From Thermoanaerobaculia bacterium (GTDB lineage Bacteria > Acidobacteriota > Thermoanaerobaculia > Multivoradales > JAIOJS01): 64,000 nucleotides of DNA. Shown one piece after another: positions 46,851 to 57,138 of this stretch (positions are counted from its first letter, which is position 1; the number at the start of each line of letters is the position of its first letter). Under the pieces are notes generated by a model. The model searched no databases, was not told the origin of the DNA, and worked only from the letters and a program-made list of their open reading frames with translations. The stretch lies in NCBI GenBank assembly GCA_963837455.1, contig CAWINM010000001.1, positions 2,184,202-2,248,201 on the forward strand, written 5' to 3'. The position numbers and the translations under genes are program-made.

Positions 46851-49103
46851 TCAGGGCGGTGGTTCGAAGACCACCTTGACGGTGATGCGCTGGGGGGTGG
46901 GAGCGCCGTTGCGCACCGCCGGCGTGTAGGCGCTGACGAGCGCTACGCGCTTCGCCTCGGCCACCAGCCGCGGATCCTCGGAGGTGCCCGGCTGCGCCTC
47001 GACCTCGGCCGGTCGCCCCTCGGCGTCGACCAGCACGTCGAGGGTCACCTCGGCACGACGGCGGGGGACGCCGGCGGGGAAGGCAGCGGCCGGGTGGGTC
47101 ACGGCGGCGGCGTCGCGATCGGGAAAGCCCACCGCCGGGCCGGACTGGGCGCCGATGCCTAGAGGCTCCGAAGGCGCCGCGCTGGGCGCCGGTGTGGGGG
47201 TCGCCACCGGCGCGCTCTGGTGGCGGGAGACGAGGGCCCGCGCGAGCAGCGCCAAGAGAAGCAGCAGCAGCACGGCGCCGACGAGCAAGACCAGGGTTCG
47301 CGTGCGGTTCGGGGCGCTGGCGCTGACGCCCTCGGGGGCAGTGCCGAAGGGGGTCGCGGGTGCTGCGGGCGGCGCCGTGCCTGCCGCTGGCGGTGAGGAT
47401 GCGGCGTCCCAGGGGCGGTAGGTCGCACCGTCCGGTGCCGGCGCTGCGGAGCTCGCCGCCTCGGCTCGCTGACGGGCCGCCGCCACGCTGGCGGCGACGA
47501 TGCCGACGGTACCCGCCTCGGTGGAGACTCCGGGCCTCGCGGCTGGAGCGCCACCGGCGGCCGACGATCGTGCCAGGGCGAGGCGACGGCGGAGATCGCG
47601 CAGAGGCTGGTGGGAGCCGAGGGCTGCTTGCGCGGCGGCGACTACCGACTCGGCGGCGTCGACGTCGCCGCGGGAGAGCAGCGCCTCCGCCTGCGAGACC
47701 GCCTGTGCCACCGCCAGGCGGCGGGTCTCGGACTGCGCCCGCGCTCGCTCGCGCTCTGCAACCTCGGCCCGCCATTGCTGGCGCAGGCGCAAGCCATCCT
47801 GGTGCTCGGGGGCGGCGACGAGGAGCTCGTCGACGAGCGCCAGCGCCGAGGAGGGCTCGCCCTGCTGCCAGGCGGCTGCCGCCTGGGCGAGGAGGCGGTC
47901 GGCGCGGGCTCGTGCCACCTCCCCGCGCAAAGCCGCCACCTCGGGAGTGGAGGGGTCGGGCAGGGTCGCCAGCTCGCGCTCGGCCGCCTCGAGCTCGCCC
48001 TCGGCGAGCAGCTCGCGGGCGCGCCGCGCGCTGGCGGCGGCGCGCGCCCCGGCGAGGGCGGCCTCGACCTCGCTCAGCAGGCCGCCGGTCTCGGGCGGAC
48101 GCAGTCTGCGGACGGCGGTGACGGCGGCCTCGAAGCGCTCGTGGGCCGTCGGGCGTGACGGGCGCGGCGGCTGGGGGGCCGCAGCGGGTGCCGCGGGTCG
48201 CACCCCTGGCGGCTCCGCGGCGGGTGGCATCGCGAGCGGCGGGTGCGGCGCCGTCGGCTCCTCGCCGGTCCGCCTCGGCTCGCGGTCGGCAGGCTGCTGC
48301 AGCTCGACGAGCGCCGCCTCGAGCTCGGGGATCACCGCGCTGAAGCCGGCGTAGCGCTGCGCCGGGTCCTTGGCGAGGCAACGCATCACCACCCGCTCGA
48401 GGTGCGGCGGGCAGAGCGGCCAGTGCACGGAGAGCGCCGGCGGCTCGCGCTGCAGCAGCTCCCAGAACAGCGACGAGATGGTCTTGCCGACGAAGGGGCG
48501 CTGGTAGGTGAGCAGCTCGTAGGCGGTGACGCCAAAGGAGAAGACGTCGGCGCGATGGTCCACCGCGGTGCCACGGATCTGCTCGGGAGGCAGGTAGGCG
48601 GCGGTGCCGACGGTCATGCCGGTGCGGGTGAGGTGGCTCGCCACGTTGGCGAGCTTGGCGATGCCGAAGTCCATGATCTTGACCGTGCCGTCGTCGGTGA
48701 GGCGAATGTTGGCGGGCTTGACGTCGCGATGGATGACGCCGTGGGCGTGCGCGTACTCGAGCCCATGCGCCGCCTGCAGCAGGATGTCGATGCGCTGCGC
48801 CGGCGGCAGCGGCTCGCGGCGTGCCACCAGGCGGTCGAGGTCCTCGCCGGTGAGGTACTCCTGTACCAGGTAGGGGACGCCGTCCTGGATGCCGAAGTCG
48901 TGAACGGTGACGATGTTGCGGTGCTGGAGGTTGCCGGCGATCTCCGCTTCGCGGAAGAAACGGTCGCGGATCTCCGGCTCCTCCGAGCTGCAGGTCTTGA
49001 TCGCCACCCGCCGCTTGAGGAAGGGGTCGCGGCCTTCGTAGACGACACCGAAGCCGCCGACGCCGATCTGCCCGACGATGGCGTACTTGCCGATCTGCTC
49101 CAT
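46851..49103 (-). CDS. Ser/Thr protein kinase with a TM segment and a C-terminal TonB-like domain
   Basis: ATG at 49103 (MEQIGKYAIVGQIGVGGFGVVYEG…HRDVKPANI…DFGIAK…), a TM helix LVLLVGAVLLLLLLALLA, and a C-terminus resembling TonB_C (…VTLDVLVDAEGRPAEVEAQPGTSEDPRLVAEAKRVALVSAYTPAVRNGAPT…). Confidence 0.85.
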   Translation of the reverse strand: MEQIGKYAIVGQIGVGGFGVVYEGRDPFLKRRVAIKTCSSEEPEIRDRFFREAEIAGNLQHRNIVTVHDFGIQDGVPYLVQEYLTGEDLDRLVARREPLPPAQRIDILLQAAHGLEYAHAHGVIHRDVKPANIRLTDDGTVKIMDFGIAKLANVASHLTRTGMTVGTAAYLPPEQIRGTAVDHRADVFSFGVTAYELLTYQRPFVGKTISSLFWELLQREPPALSVHWPLCPPHLERVVMRCLAKDPAQRYAGFSAVIPELEAALVELQQPADREPRRTGEEPTAPHPPLAMPPAAEPPGVRPAAPAAAPQPPRPSRPTAHERFEAAVTAVRRLRPPETGGLLSEVEAALAGARAAASARRARELLAEGELEAAERELATLPDPSTPEVAALRGEVARARADRLLAQAAAAWQQGEPSSALALVDELLVAAPEHQDGLRLRQQWRAEVAERERARAQSETRRLAVAQAVSQAEALLSRGDVDAAESVVAAAQAALGSHQPLRDLRRRLALARSSAAGGAPAARPGVSTEAGTVGIVAASVAAARQRAEAASSAAPAPDGATYRPWDAASSPPAAGTAPPAAPATPFGTAPEGVSASAPNRTRTLVLLVGAVLLLLLLALLARALVSRHQSAPVATPTPAPSAAPSEPLGIGAQSGPAVGFPDRDAAAVTHPAAAFPAGVPRRRAEVTLDVLVDAEGRPAEVEAQPGTSEDPRLVAEAKRVALVSAYTPAVRNGAPTPQRITVKVVFEPPP

Positions 49104-49210
49104 GCTGCGGCTTTCCTGCCTGCAAATGGTAGCAGCGACCGAGGTTTCGCGCTTCCTGCGGCGGCCGGTCGAACCGCCGCGGCAGAGGGCGGGAAAGCGC
49201 CCGGCCGCCC

Positions 49211-49603
49211 TCAGCCGCCTTCTTCGCGCAGCAGGATGCGCACGCCGTCGGGATCGTGGGTCTCGAAGACGAGGGCGCCGTCGGCGCCGCGGCGCAGCCC
49301 GCCGGGCACGTTCTTGTCGCGGAACAGGAGCTCCTCGTAGGTGCGCTCGGCAGAAGGCACGATCCACGAGAGCACCAGCTTCTGTTCCGGGCCCTGGTAG
49401 TCGAACTCCTCGTCCCAGCCATGGCTGTCGCGCGGTCGGCCGAGCACCTCGACGGCACCGGTGCCGGCCTGGAAGAGGGCGCCGCGCCCCTCCTCGTCAT
49501 CCCAGCTCTGCAGCCGCGGCAACGCCAGCACCTCGCCGTAGAAGTTGCTCGAGCGGTCGAAGTTCCTGGCCTTGATCACCACCCGGAACTGGCGGATCTG
49601 CAT
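49211..49603 (-). CDS. VOC/glyoxalase-family protein
   Basis: 130 aa from the ATG at 49603 (MQIRQFRVVIKARNFDRSSNFYGEVLAL…). Confidence 0.7.
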   Translation of the reverse strand: MQIRQFRVVIKARNFDRSSNFYGEVLALPRLQSWDDEEGRGALFQAGTGAVEVLGRPRDSHGWDEEFDYQGPEQKLVLSWIVPSAERTYEELLFRDKNVPGGLRRGADGALVFETHDPDGVRILLREEGG

Positions 49604-49708
49604 CGCTGACTCCCTCCTCGACGACGTCCCTGGGCGAGCCCGGGCCCCGCGCGCGAGCGGGAGGGAGGATATCGCGGCCGGCACAGGGGCGGGTGCTATC
49701 CTGCGAAG

Positions 49709-51298
49709 GTGCGGCGGCGCCTTGGCCTGCTCTTCGCCCTCCTGGTGACGTCCGGGCTGCTCGCCGCGCAGCAGCAGCTCACGCCGCTCCCCACCCCCGC
49801 CGAGGCGCCGCCCGGGGAAGGGGAGGCGAGCGAGACGCCTACGCCGACACTGGAGCCGGCCCTGCCGACGGTGCCGGCTACCCTGAGCGTCGCCGGCCAC
49901 GACTCCGCCGGCGCCGTGCTCGCCGGACCGAACGGACCCCTCTTCCCGTTGACACCCTTGGCCGCCCTGCTCGGGGGCGAGCTTCAACCGGGTCCGGCCG
50001 GCGTTGGCTGGGTGCTGCACACCGGTGAGGTCGAGGCGATCATCGGGGCCGGGAGCCCGGTGGCCACCTTCGGACAGACCATCGTGCAGCTCTCGCAGCC
50101 GGTGCAGGCGGACTCCACCGGTCCCTGGGTGCCGCTCGACCTCCTGCGCAAGAGCTTCGGCGAGGCGCTGCACTGGGACCTGCAGTGGAACGGTGCCGAC
50201 CGCCGCCTGGTGGCGACGCCGCAGCAGCGGCGGGTCGTGCAGGTGGAGTGGAGCCTGGTGCACCTGCAGGGGCTCACCACACTGGTGCTGCAGTTCCCCG
50301 AAGTGCCGCGGCTGCAGATCCAGGAACGCGGCCCGAAGGTGGAGGTGGCGCTGCTCGGCGACGAGGTGGCGGCACCCGCGCGGCCGCCGTCGGAGGTGGC
50401 GGATCCTCTGGTGCAGTCGCTGCGCTTCGCCAACGACCGCATCGTCCTCGAGGTGGCCGCGGGCGCGGTGGTCGAGCACTACCAGCAGCAGAACCCCTTC
50501 CGTCTCGTCTTCGACGTCTACCAGCGGGTGGCGGCGGGTCCCGGGACGACCGCGCCGGCCGAGCCGCGGCGGCCCACCATCGTCATCGACCCCGGCCATG
50601 GCGGTGTCGAGACCGGCGCCATCGGTCCCAGCGGCACGCAGGAGAAGGAGCTCACCCTGCTGCTGGCGCAGAGCCTCGCCCGCGAGCTGCGACGTCGCCT
50701 GCCGGTGGACGTCGAGCTCACCCGCGACGAGGACGCCGAGCTGCCGCTCGACACCCGCGCGGCGATCGCCAACCAGCACCGCGCGGAGCTGTTCATCTCC
50801 ATCCACCTCAACTCGGCGGTGGGCTCCGGTGCCCACGGCGCCGAGACCTACTTCCTGAGCCTGGAGGCGAGCGACGCGCGGGCGGCGGCGGCGGCGCGCG
50901 CCGAGAACCTCCTGCCGGCCGCTCCGGGACCGGCCGGCGCGCCGGGCGGGGTGGCGCCGGTGGCGGCGCAGCAGTCGGTCGCGGGCCTCGACCTCATCCT
51001 CTGGGACCTGGCGCAGAGCCAGCATCTCGCCGAGAGCCAGCGCTTCGCGACCCTGGTGCAGGAGGACCTCAACACCGCTCTCGGCCTGCGCGACCGCGGC
51101 GTCAAGCAGGCTCCGTTCCGGGTGTTGATGGGGGCGGCGATGCCGGCGGTGCTGGTCGAGCTCGGCTTCCTCTCCAACCCTGACGAGGAGAAGAAGCTGC
51201 TCACCCCCGAGTATCGCCAGCAGCTCGTCGACGCACTGGCGCGCGCGGTGTCGCGCTACGAGGCGCAGGGGCGGCAGGAGCAGGCCTCGACCCGATGA
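49709..51298 (+). CDS. amiC: N-acetylmuramoyl-L-alanine amidase with an N-terminal AMIN domain
   Basis: GTG start, signal peptide, and an Amidase_3 core (…TIVIDPGHGGVETGA…ELFISIHLNS…). Confidence 0.85.
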   Translation: MRRRLGLLFALLVTSGLLAAQQQLTPLPTPAEAPPGEGEASETPTPTLEPALPTVPATLSVAGHDSAGAVLAGPNGPLFPLTPLAALLGGELQPGPAGVGWVLHTGEVEAIIGAGSPVATFGQTIVQLSQPVQADSTGPWVPLDLLRKSFGEALHWDLQWNGADRRLVATPQQRRVVQVEWSLVHLQGLTTLVLQFPEVPRLQIQERGPKVEVALLGDEVAAPARPPSEVADPLVQSLRFANDRIVLEVAAGAVVEHYQQQNPFRLVFDVYQRVAAGPGTTAPAEPRRPTIVIDPGHGGVETGAIGPSGTQEKELTLLLAQSLARELRRRLPVDVELTRDEDAELPLDTRAAIANQHRAELFISIHLNSAVGSGAHGAETYFLSLEASDARAAAAARAENLLPAAPGPAGAPGGVAPVAAQQSVAGLDLILWDLAQSQHLAESQRFATLVQEDLNTALGLRDRGVKQAPFRVLMGAAMPAVLVELGFLSNPDEEKKLLTPEYRQQLVDALARAVSRYEAQGRQEQASTR

Positions 51299-51879
51299 GG
51301 GGCGGCGGCGGTCGGGATCCGCGGCCCCGGCGTCGTGCGGCGAGCCTCGGCGCCTTCGCCGCCGGGTTGGCGGTGGCAGCTGTCCTCACCGGTGGCTGTC
51401 CGCAGCGCCCGGGGCCGCGACCGGAGCCCACCCCGACGCCGACGCTGCCGAAGGCGCCCGCCGCCGTCTCGTTGCTTTTCCCCGGTGCCGACGGCTACCT
51501 CCACACCGAGCGGCGCGAGCTCCCCCTGCCTGCCGACCCCGACGGCCGCATCGCCGCGGCGGTGACGGCGCTACTCGCCGGTCCCGAGGGGAACGGCCTG
51601 GTCGCGCCGCTACCTGCCGGGGTGACGGTGGCGGACGTCTTTGTCGACGTCGACGGCGTGGCCTACCTCGACCTCGCCGCCAAGGACCAGCCGGAACCTC
51701 CGGAGTCGGGGTCCGACCTCGAGCTGCTGCGGGTCTACAGCCTCGTCGACACCGTGCTCGCCAACGCCCCCGAGGGGCGCTCGGTGGTGCTGCTCTGGAA
51801 CGGCGTGCAGCGGCCCACCTTCGCCGGCCACGTCGACACCGGGGCTCCGCTGCTGGCGAACAAGCGACTGGTGCGATGA
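51295..51879 (+). CDS. GerMN-domain lipoprotein
   Basis: Lipobox LTGGC plus the motif …VTVADVFVDVDGVAYLDL…. Confidence 0.7.
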   Translation: MRGGGGRDPRPRRRAASLGAFAAGLAVAAVLTGGCPQRPGPRPEPTPTPTLPKAPAAVSLLFPGADGYLHTERRELPLPADPDGRIAAAVTALLAGPEGNGLVAPLPAGVTVADVFVDVDGVAYLDLAAKDQPEPPESGSDLELLRVYSLVDTVLANAPEGRSVVLLWNGVQRPTFAGHVDTGAPLLANKRLVR

Positions 51880-52664
51880 CCGGCGCGCCGATCGGCGTCT
51901 TCGACTCCGGCGTCGGCGGGCTCACCGTGGTCGCCGCCCTGCAGCGGCTGCTGCCTCGCGAGTCGATCCTCTACCTCGGCGACACCGCGCGCCTGCCCTA
52001 CGGCACCAAGTCGCCGCAGACGGTGCTCGCCTACTCGCGCAAGAACGTCGACTTCCTCGTCGGCCGTGGCGTCAAGGCGGTGGTGGTCGCCTGCAACACC
52101 GCCTCGGCGGTGGCGGTCGACGCGCTGCAGACACCGGTGCCGCTGTGGGGCGTGCTGCAGCCGGGAGCGGCTCGCGCCGCCGGGGTCTCCCGTGGCCGCG
52201 TCGGCGTCATCGCCACCGAGTCGACCATCGCCTCCGACGCCTACGGCCGCGAGCTGACCCGGCTGCGCCCCGACCTCGAGGTGGTGAGCCAGGCCTGCCC
52301 GCTGTTCGTGCCGCTGGTCGAGGAGGGGTGGCATGAGGACCCGGTCGCCGCGGAGGTGGCGCGCCGCTACCTCGCGCCGCTCGCGGCGCACGGCATCGAC
52401 ACCCTGGTGCTCGGCTGCACGCACTACCCGCTGCTGCATTCCACCATCGCCGCCGTGATGGGCCCGGCGGTGACCCTCGTCGACTCGGCGGAGGCGGTGG
52501 CGGAAGTGGTCGCCGCCGACCTGGTGCGCCTCGGGCTGGCGGCCGCTGACGGCGGTGCGCCCGAGCACCACTTCTGCGTCACCGATGCCGGGCCGCGCTT
52601 CGCCCGCATGGGGGCGTTGTTTCTCGGCGCCCGCCAGCTCTCGCTCGAGTGGGTGGACGTGTAG
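51876..52664 (+). CDS. murI: glutamate racemase
   Basis: …[12 protein letters not shown]…VVACNTASA…LGCTHYPLL…. Confidence 0.9.
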   Translation: MTGAPIGVFDSGVGGLTVVAALQRLLPRESILYLGDTARLPYGTKSPQTVLAYSRKNVDFLVGRGVKAVVVACNTASAVAVDALQTPVPLWGVLQPGAARAAGVSRGRVGVIATESTIASDAYGRELTRLRPDLEVVSQACPLFVPLVEEGWHEDPVAAEVARRYLAPLAAHGIDTLVLGCTHYPLLHSTIAAVMGPAVTLVDSAEAVAEVVAADLVRLGLAAADGGAPEHHFCVTDAGPRFARMGALFLGARQLSLEWVDV

Positions 52665-52676
52665 GTCCCAGCAGAG

Positions 52677-53508
52677 CTAGCTCGGCGGACCCCAGAGGTC
52701 CTTCTCGCGCTTGGGCGGCGACGGCACCCGCGGCCGCCCCTGGACCTGCTCGAGCTCGGCGAGCAGCGGCGCCAGGGCCTGCCGCTGGGCGGCGAGCAGC
52801 TGCGCGATGCCGGTGAAGGCGAGGTCGAGGAGGGCGTCGAGCTTCCTGGCGCGCGAAGCCGCGGCGCTCGCCGGTGCCCTGCACCTCGACGAGCTGCCCG
52901 GAGGCGGTGGCGACGACGTTCATGTCCACCTCGGCCTCCTGGTCCTCGGCGTACTCGAGGTCGAGCACCGCCACGCCACGAACGATGCCCACCGACACCG
53001 CCGCCACCGGCTCGAGCAGCGGCAGCCGCGGCAGGTCGCCGGTGAGCACCAGCTTGCCGAGCGCCTCGGCGAGCGCGACATAGCCGGCGGTGACGCCGGC
53101 CGTGCGGGTGCCGCCGTCGGCCTGCAGGGCGTCGCAGTCGACGGTCACCGTGCGCTCGCCGAGGGCGGCGGTGTCGACCACCGCGCGCAGGCTGCGACCG
53201 ATCAGTCGCTGGATCTCGCTGGTGCGGCCGGAGGGGCGCCCCTTCGAAACCTCGCGCGGGTTGCGGGTGGGGGTGGCCCGGGGCAGCATGGCGTACTCCG
53301 CCGTCACCCAGCCGCGCCCACTGCCGGCGAGGAAGGGAGGGACCCGGGTCTCCACCGACGCCGCGGCGAGCACGCGGGTGTCGCCGAGGGTGAGCAGCGC
53401 CGAGCCCTCGGCGAACTTGAGCTCGCCGAGGGTGAGCGCGAGCGTGCGGAGCGAGTCGGGGGCGCGGCCGTGAGGGCGCTGGGGGGCGGCGCCGGCGAGC
53501 GGCGTCAC
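52677..53508 (-). CDS. rph: ribonuclease PH with an apparent +1 frameshift near codon 220 (about 52845-52852); GTG start overlaps the upstream stop in a GTGA
   Basis: …[11 protein letters not shown]…[16 protein letters not shown]…[14 protein letters not shown]…[13 protein letters not shown] in one frame. The expected C-terminus …[23 protein letters not shown]… is in the adjacent frame. Confidence 0.75.
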
Positions 53509-54551
53509 TGCACCTCCCCCTTGACCGGCACCTCGAGCAGCGGCTGTCGCGCCGAGTCGGTGCGCACCCGCAGCGAGCCCGAGAACGCCCCCTTGGGCAC
53601 GCTGGCGTCGAGAGTGAGGGCGATGTCGAAGCGCTTCCCCTTGTCGCGTTCCTCGATGCGCGCGGTGAGGCCGCGCACGTCGCTGTCGACGGCGAGCAGC
53701 TCGACCGGCTCGCTGCCGTAGTTGGTGATCAACACGCTCCCGCGGCGCGGCTGGCCGCCGCTGAAGCTGCCGAAATCGGCGGTGGGCGGAGTGACCATCA
53801 GGAGCGGGCGCACGTAGCCGGCGACGGGGACCTCCAGCACCGGCTGGCGCGGGTGGTTGGTCTCGATCCTGACGTCGCCCGAGAGCGGCCCGGTGGGGGG
53901 CTCGGCGGCGAGCGTCGCTACCACCACCCACTGCCTGCCGCGCGGCCCCGCCAGGCGCTCCTGCTCGGTCGCCGGCCGGAAGCTGACGGTGATGCTGGGC
54001 AGCGGCGACTGCACGGAGAGCACCGTGAGGTCGGGGTAGTCGGCCGACCAGATGACTTGCTGCGAGGTCTCCGCGGGTGTCCCCTGGGTGTGCATGAAGC
54101 GGAAGTAGCCGGGCTGCGCGTCGAGCGCCGCCTGCACCTGGGCGCGGATGGTGAGCTGGATCGCCGGGTTTGCCGCGTCGCTGGTGAAGACGGTGACCTC
54201 CTTGGCGATGGCGCCCTCGAAGGCACTGGTGTCGACGACGACGCGCACCTTGCCACTGCCGCCCGGCGGCACCGCCGCGTCGTAGCTCGCCACCGTGCAG
54301 CCACACGAGGGGCGTACCTCGCGCAGCTGCAGCATGTCGACCCCGTGGTTCTCGATGCTGAACTCGTGGCTCACCTTGGCGCCGCGGCCGACGATGCCGG
54401 CGTCCCACACCGGATCGGGGGCAATGGCGTGCGGCTGCGCCGCCGGCTGTGCGGGCGCCGCCGGAGCGAGCAGCAGGAGGCAGACGGCGCTGGCCGCCAC
54501 GGCAAGCGGGAGGAAGGCCGGCGGAGCGGCGGCATTGCGGGGTTGGCTCAT
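53505..54551 (-). CDS. secreted DUF1573-domain protein (two repeats)
   Basis: ATG at 54551, signal peptide, and two …SCGCT…-type DUF1573-like modules. Confidence 0.7.
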   Translation of the reverse strand: MSQPRNAAAPPAFLPLAVAASAVCLLLLAPAAPAQPAAQPHAIAPDPVWDAGIVGRGAKVSHEFSIENHGVDMLQLREVRPSCGCTVASYDAAVPPGGSGKVRVVVDTSAFEGAIAKEVTVFTSDAANPAIQLTIRAQVQAALDAQPGYFRFMHTQGTPAETSQQVIWSADYPDLTVLSVQSPLPSITVSFRPATEQERLAGPRGRQWVVVATLAAEPPTGPLSGDVRIETNHPRQPVLEVPVAGYVRPLLMVTPPTADFGSFSGGQPRRGSVLITNYGSEPVELLAVDSDVRGLTARIEERDKGKRFDIALTLDASVPKGAFSGSLRVRTDSARQPLLEVPVKGEVQ

Positions 54552-54643
54552 CGTGAGGACCTCGGGTGGGTGGCGTCGTTGCGTCTGCTGCCGTGGCCGT
54601 CGGCGGGAAGACCGCCGGGAGCCGATGGTATATTCCCTGCCCC

Positions 54644-56120
54644 TTGCGCTCAACGGAGCACCGCCGCCCCACACTCTCCGAGGGCGGCGCCCCCCTCGAC
54701 ATTCACCTCATCGCCATCGGCGGCACCGGCATGGCGCCGCTCGCCTGCCTGCTGCAGGAGCTCGGGCACCGGGTGCGCGGCTCCGATGGTCCGCTCTACC
54801 CGCCGATGTCGACGTTGCTCGCGCGCGCAGGCATCGTCCCGCGGGTCGGCTACGACGCGGCGCACCTCGAGCCGCCGCCCGACCTGGTGGTGGTCGGCAA
54901 CGCGGTGCGTCGCGACAACCCGGAGGCGGTGGAGGCGGAGCGTCGCGGGCTGCCACTGCTGTCGATGCCCGAGGCGCTCTACCACTTCTGCCTGCGGCGG
55001 CGTCGCCCGCTGGTGGTTGCCGGCACCCACGGCAAGACCACCACCACCGCCATGGCCGCCTTCGCGCTGCGCGAATGCGGCGCCGACCCCGGCTACCTGA
55101 TCGGCGGGCTGCCCCTCGACCTGCCGGCGAGCTACGCGCTCGGCAGCGGCGCGCGCTTCGTCGTCGAGGGAGACGAGTACAACGCCGCCTACTTCGACCG
55201 CGGCCCGAAGTTCCTCCACTACCACCCGCAGACGCTCGATCTGGACGAGCGGCGAGTACGACCACGCCGACCTCTACCCCTCGCCGGAGGCGCTGCTCGC
55301 CGCCTACCGGGAGCTGCTCGCCGGCATGCCGGCCGCCGGCCTGCTGCTGGCCTGCGGCGACCGCCCCGAGGTGCGGGGGCTGGTCGCCGGCGCGCCCTGC
55401 CGCGTCGTTCACTACGGCCTCGGTGCCGGCAACGAGGTGCGGCCGCTGGCCCCGCCGACGGAGGTGGAGGGGCGTTTCGGCTGCCGTGCCACCGGCCCCG
55501 CCGGCGAAGCCGAGCTGATGCCCGGCCTGGGCGGGCGCCACAACCTCGAGAACGCGCTCGCGGTGTGGGCGGCGGTGACGGCCGACGGTCACGAGCCGCA
55601 GCGGGTGGCGGACGCCCTGGGGCGCTTCCGCGGCGTCGCCCGGCGGCTGCAGGAGGTGGGCAGCGCCGGCGGCGTGACGGTGGTGGACGACTTCGCCCAC
55701 CACCCGACCGCCGTGGCCGCCACCCTCGACGCCCTGCGCCGCCGCTACCCGGGACGGCGTCTGCTCGCCGCCCTCGAGCTGCGCTCGCTGTCGGCGGCGC
55801 GGGCGCTGTTCTTCGACGGCTACCTCGCGGCGCTGCGGCGAGCCGACCTCGCCTTCCTGCCGCCGCTCTTCCACGCCGCCCGGCTCGCGCCCGCGGAGCG
55901 TCTCGACCTCGAGTCCCTGGCGGCAAGGCTCGGCGCGGCGCGGACGCCGACGACGCTCGCCGCCGGCTACGACGAGCTGCTCGCGGCGGTCGTCGCGGCG
56001 GCGGCGGCGGGCGACGTCGTGGTCGCCATGTCCTCGGGCAGCTTCGACGGCCTGCCGCAACGACTGGTGACGGCCCTGCGCGAGCGTGCCGCGACTGCCC
56101 GCGACGCCGGCGCGGGCTAG
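54644..56120 (+). CDS. mpl: UDP-N-acetylmuramate:L-alanyl-gamma-D-glutamyl-meso-DAP ligase (Mpl) with one apparent frameshift (about 55241-55246); the start is uncertain (TTG 54644 or GTG 54593/54566)
   Basis: N-terminal frame …[15 protein letters not shown]…[12 protein letters not shown]…HYHPQTL. C-terminal frame (ORF 55326-56120) [12 protein letters not shown]…[12 protein letters not shown]…. Confidence 0.7.
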
Positions 56121-57067
56121 CCCGACGGCTGCCCCGACTCGACCTCGAGCAGCCGCCACTCGACGATCTGGCGCGGACCCAGCGCGTCGCTGCGCAGCAA
56201 GGTGCGTAGCGGCTCGAGCAGCGCGGCCGCCGGCGCGAGGCCGACCAGCTCGGTGGCGGTCACGGCGGTGCCCTGCTTCCGCGCCTCGGCCTCGACCCGC
56301 GCCAGCAGCTCGACGAGGGAGGTGCGGCGGAAGTCGACCAGGTTCATGCTCACCTGGGCGCAGCCGCGGCTGGCGAGGAAGAGCCCGAGGGCTCGCACAC
56401 CGGGGAGGCCGCCCGTCGCCTCGCGCACCACGCGGGCGATGGCGCGCGCCACGGCGACGTCGGCGGTGGCGAGGCGGGCGTTGACGGCGAGCAGGAAGAA
56501 GCGTGCGCCGACGACGGTGACGCCGAGGCTGGGGTGGACTCGCGGCGGCCCGAAGTCGGGGGTCCACTCGGGCTGGGCGATCTTCGCCGGGAAGCCCTCG
56601 AACTGGCCGCGACGGATGTCGGCGAGGAGGCGACGCTGCGGCGAGCGCGCCGCCTGCTCGTAGAGGTAGACCGGCAGGTCGAAGCGCGCCGCCACCGCGG
56701 CGGCGGTGCTCTCCGCCGCCGCCACGGCGTCGTCCATGGTGGCGCCGGCAAGAGGGACGAAGGGCACGACGTCGACCGCCCCCACCCGCGGGTGCACCCC
56801 ACGGTGGGAGCGCAGGTCGACGTGCCCGGCGGCCCAGGCGAAGAGCGCGAGCACCCCGTCGCGCAGCACCTCGGCGCTGCCGGCGAGGGTGACGACGGTG
56901 CGGTGGTGGTCGGGGTCGGGGGCAAGGTCGAGCAGCCGCAGCCCGCGGACCTCGCCAAGCGCCCGCTCGAGGGCGGCGAGGGCCGGAGCGCTGCGTCCCT
57001 CGCTGACGTTGGGCACGCACTCGAGCAGCGGTGCGGCGGGCGGGAAGGGGTGCGCCGGCGCGGCCAT
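56117..57067 (-). CDS. ftcD: glutamate formimidoyltransferase
   Basis: …LLECVPNVSEGRS… plus the N-terminal formiminotransferase fold. Confidence 0.8.
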   Translation of the reverse strand: MAAPAHPFPPAAPLLECVPNVSEGRSAPALAALERALGEVRGLRLLDLAPDPDHHRTVVTLAGSAEVLRDGVLALFAWAAGHVDLRSHRGVHPRVGAVDVVPFVPLAGATMDDAVAAAESTAAAVAARFDLPVYLYEQAARSPQRRLLADIRRGQFEGFPAKIAQPEWTPDFGPPRVHPSLGVTVVGARFFLLAVNARLATADVAVARAIARVVREATGGLPGVRALGLFLASRGCAQVSMNLVDFRRTSLVELLARVEAEARKQGTAVTATELVGLAPAAALLEPLRTLLRSDALGPRQIVEWRLLEVESGQPSG

Positions 57068-57138
57068 CGCCCCATTCTCGCTCTGGTAAGATCAGGGATC
57101 CCCGCCAAGCTCGAATCTCGGAAGGAACCAGCACGCGC

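Noticed and set aside
46783-49500. 905-aa alternative frame over the kinase locus
   Set aside because: Arg/Pro/Ala-rich translation with no kinase motifs; the 46851-49103 frame carries the canonical kinase subdomains.
49211-51025. 604-aa minus-strand ORF
   Set aside because: Only its last 130 codons (the VOC protein, 49211-49603) are credible. The remainder is antisense to amiC.
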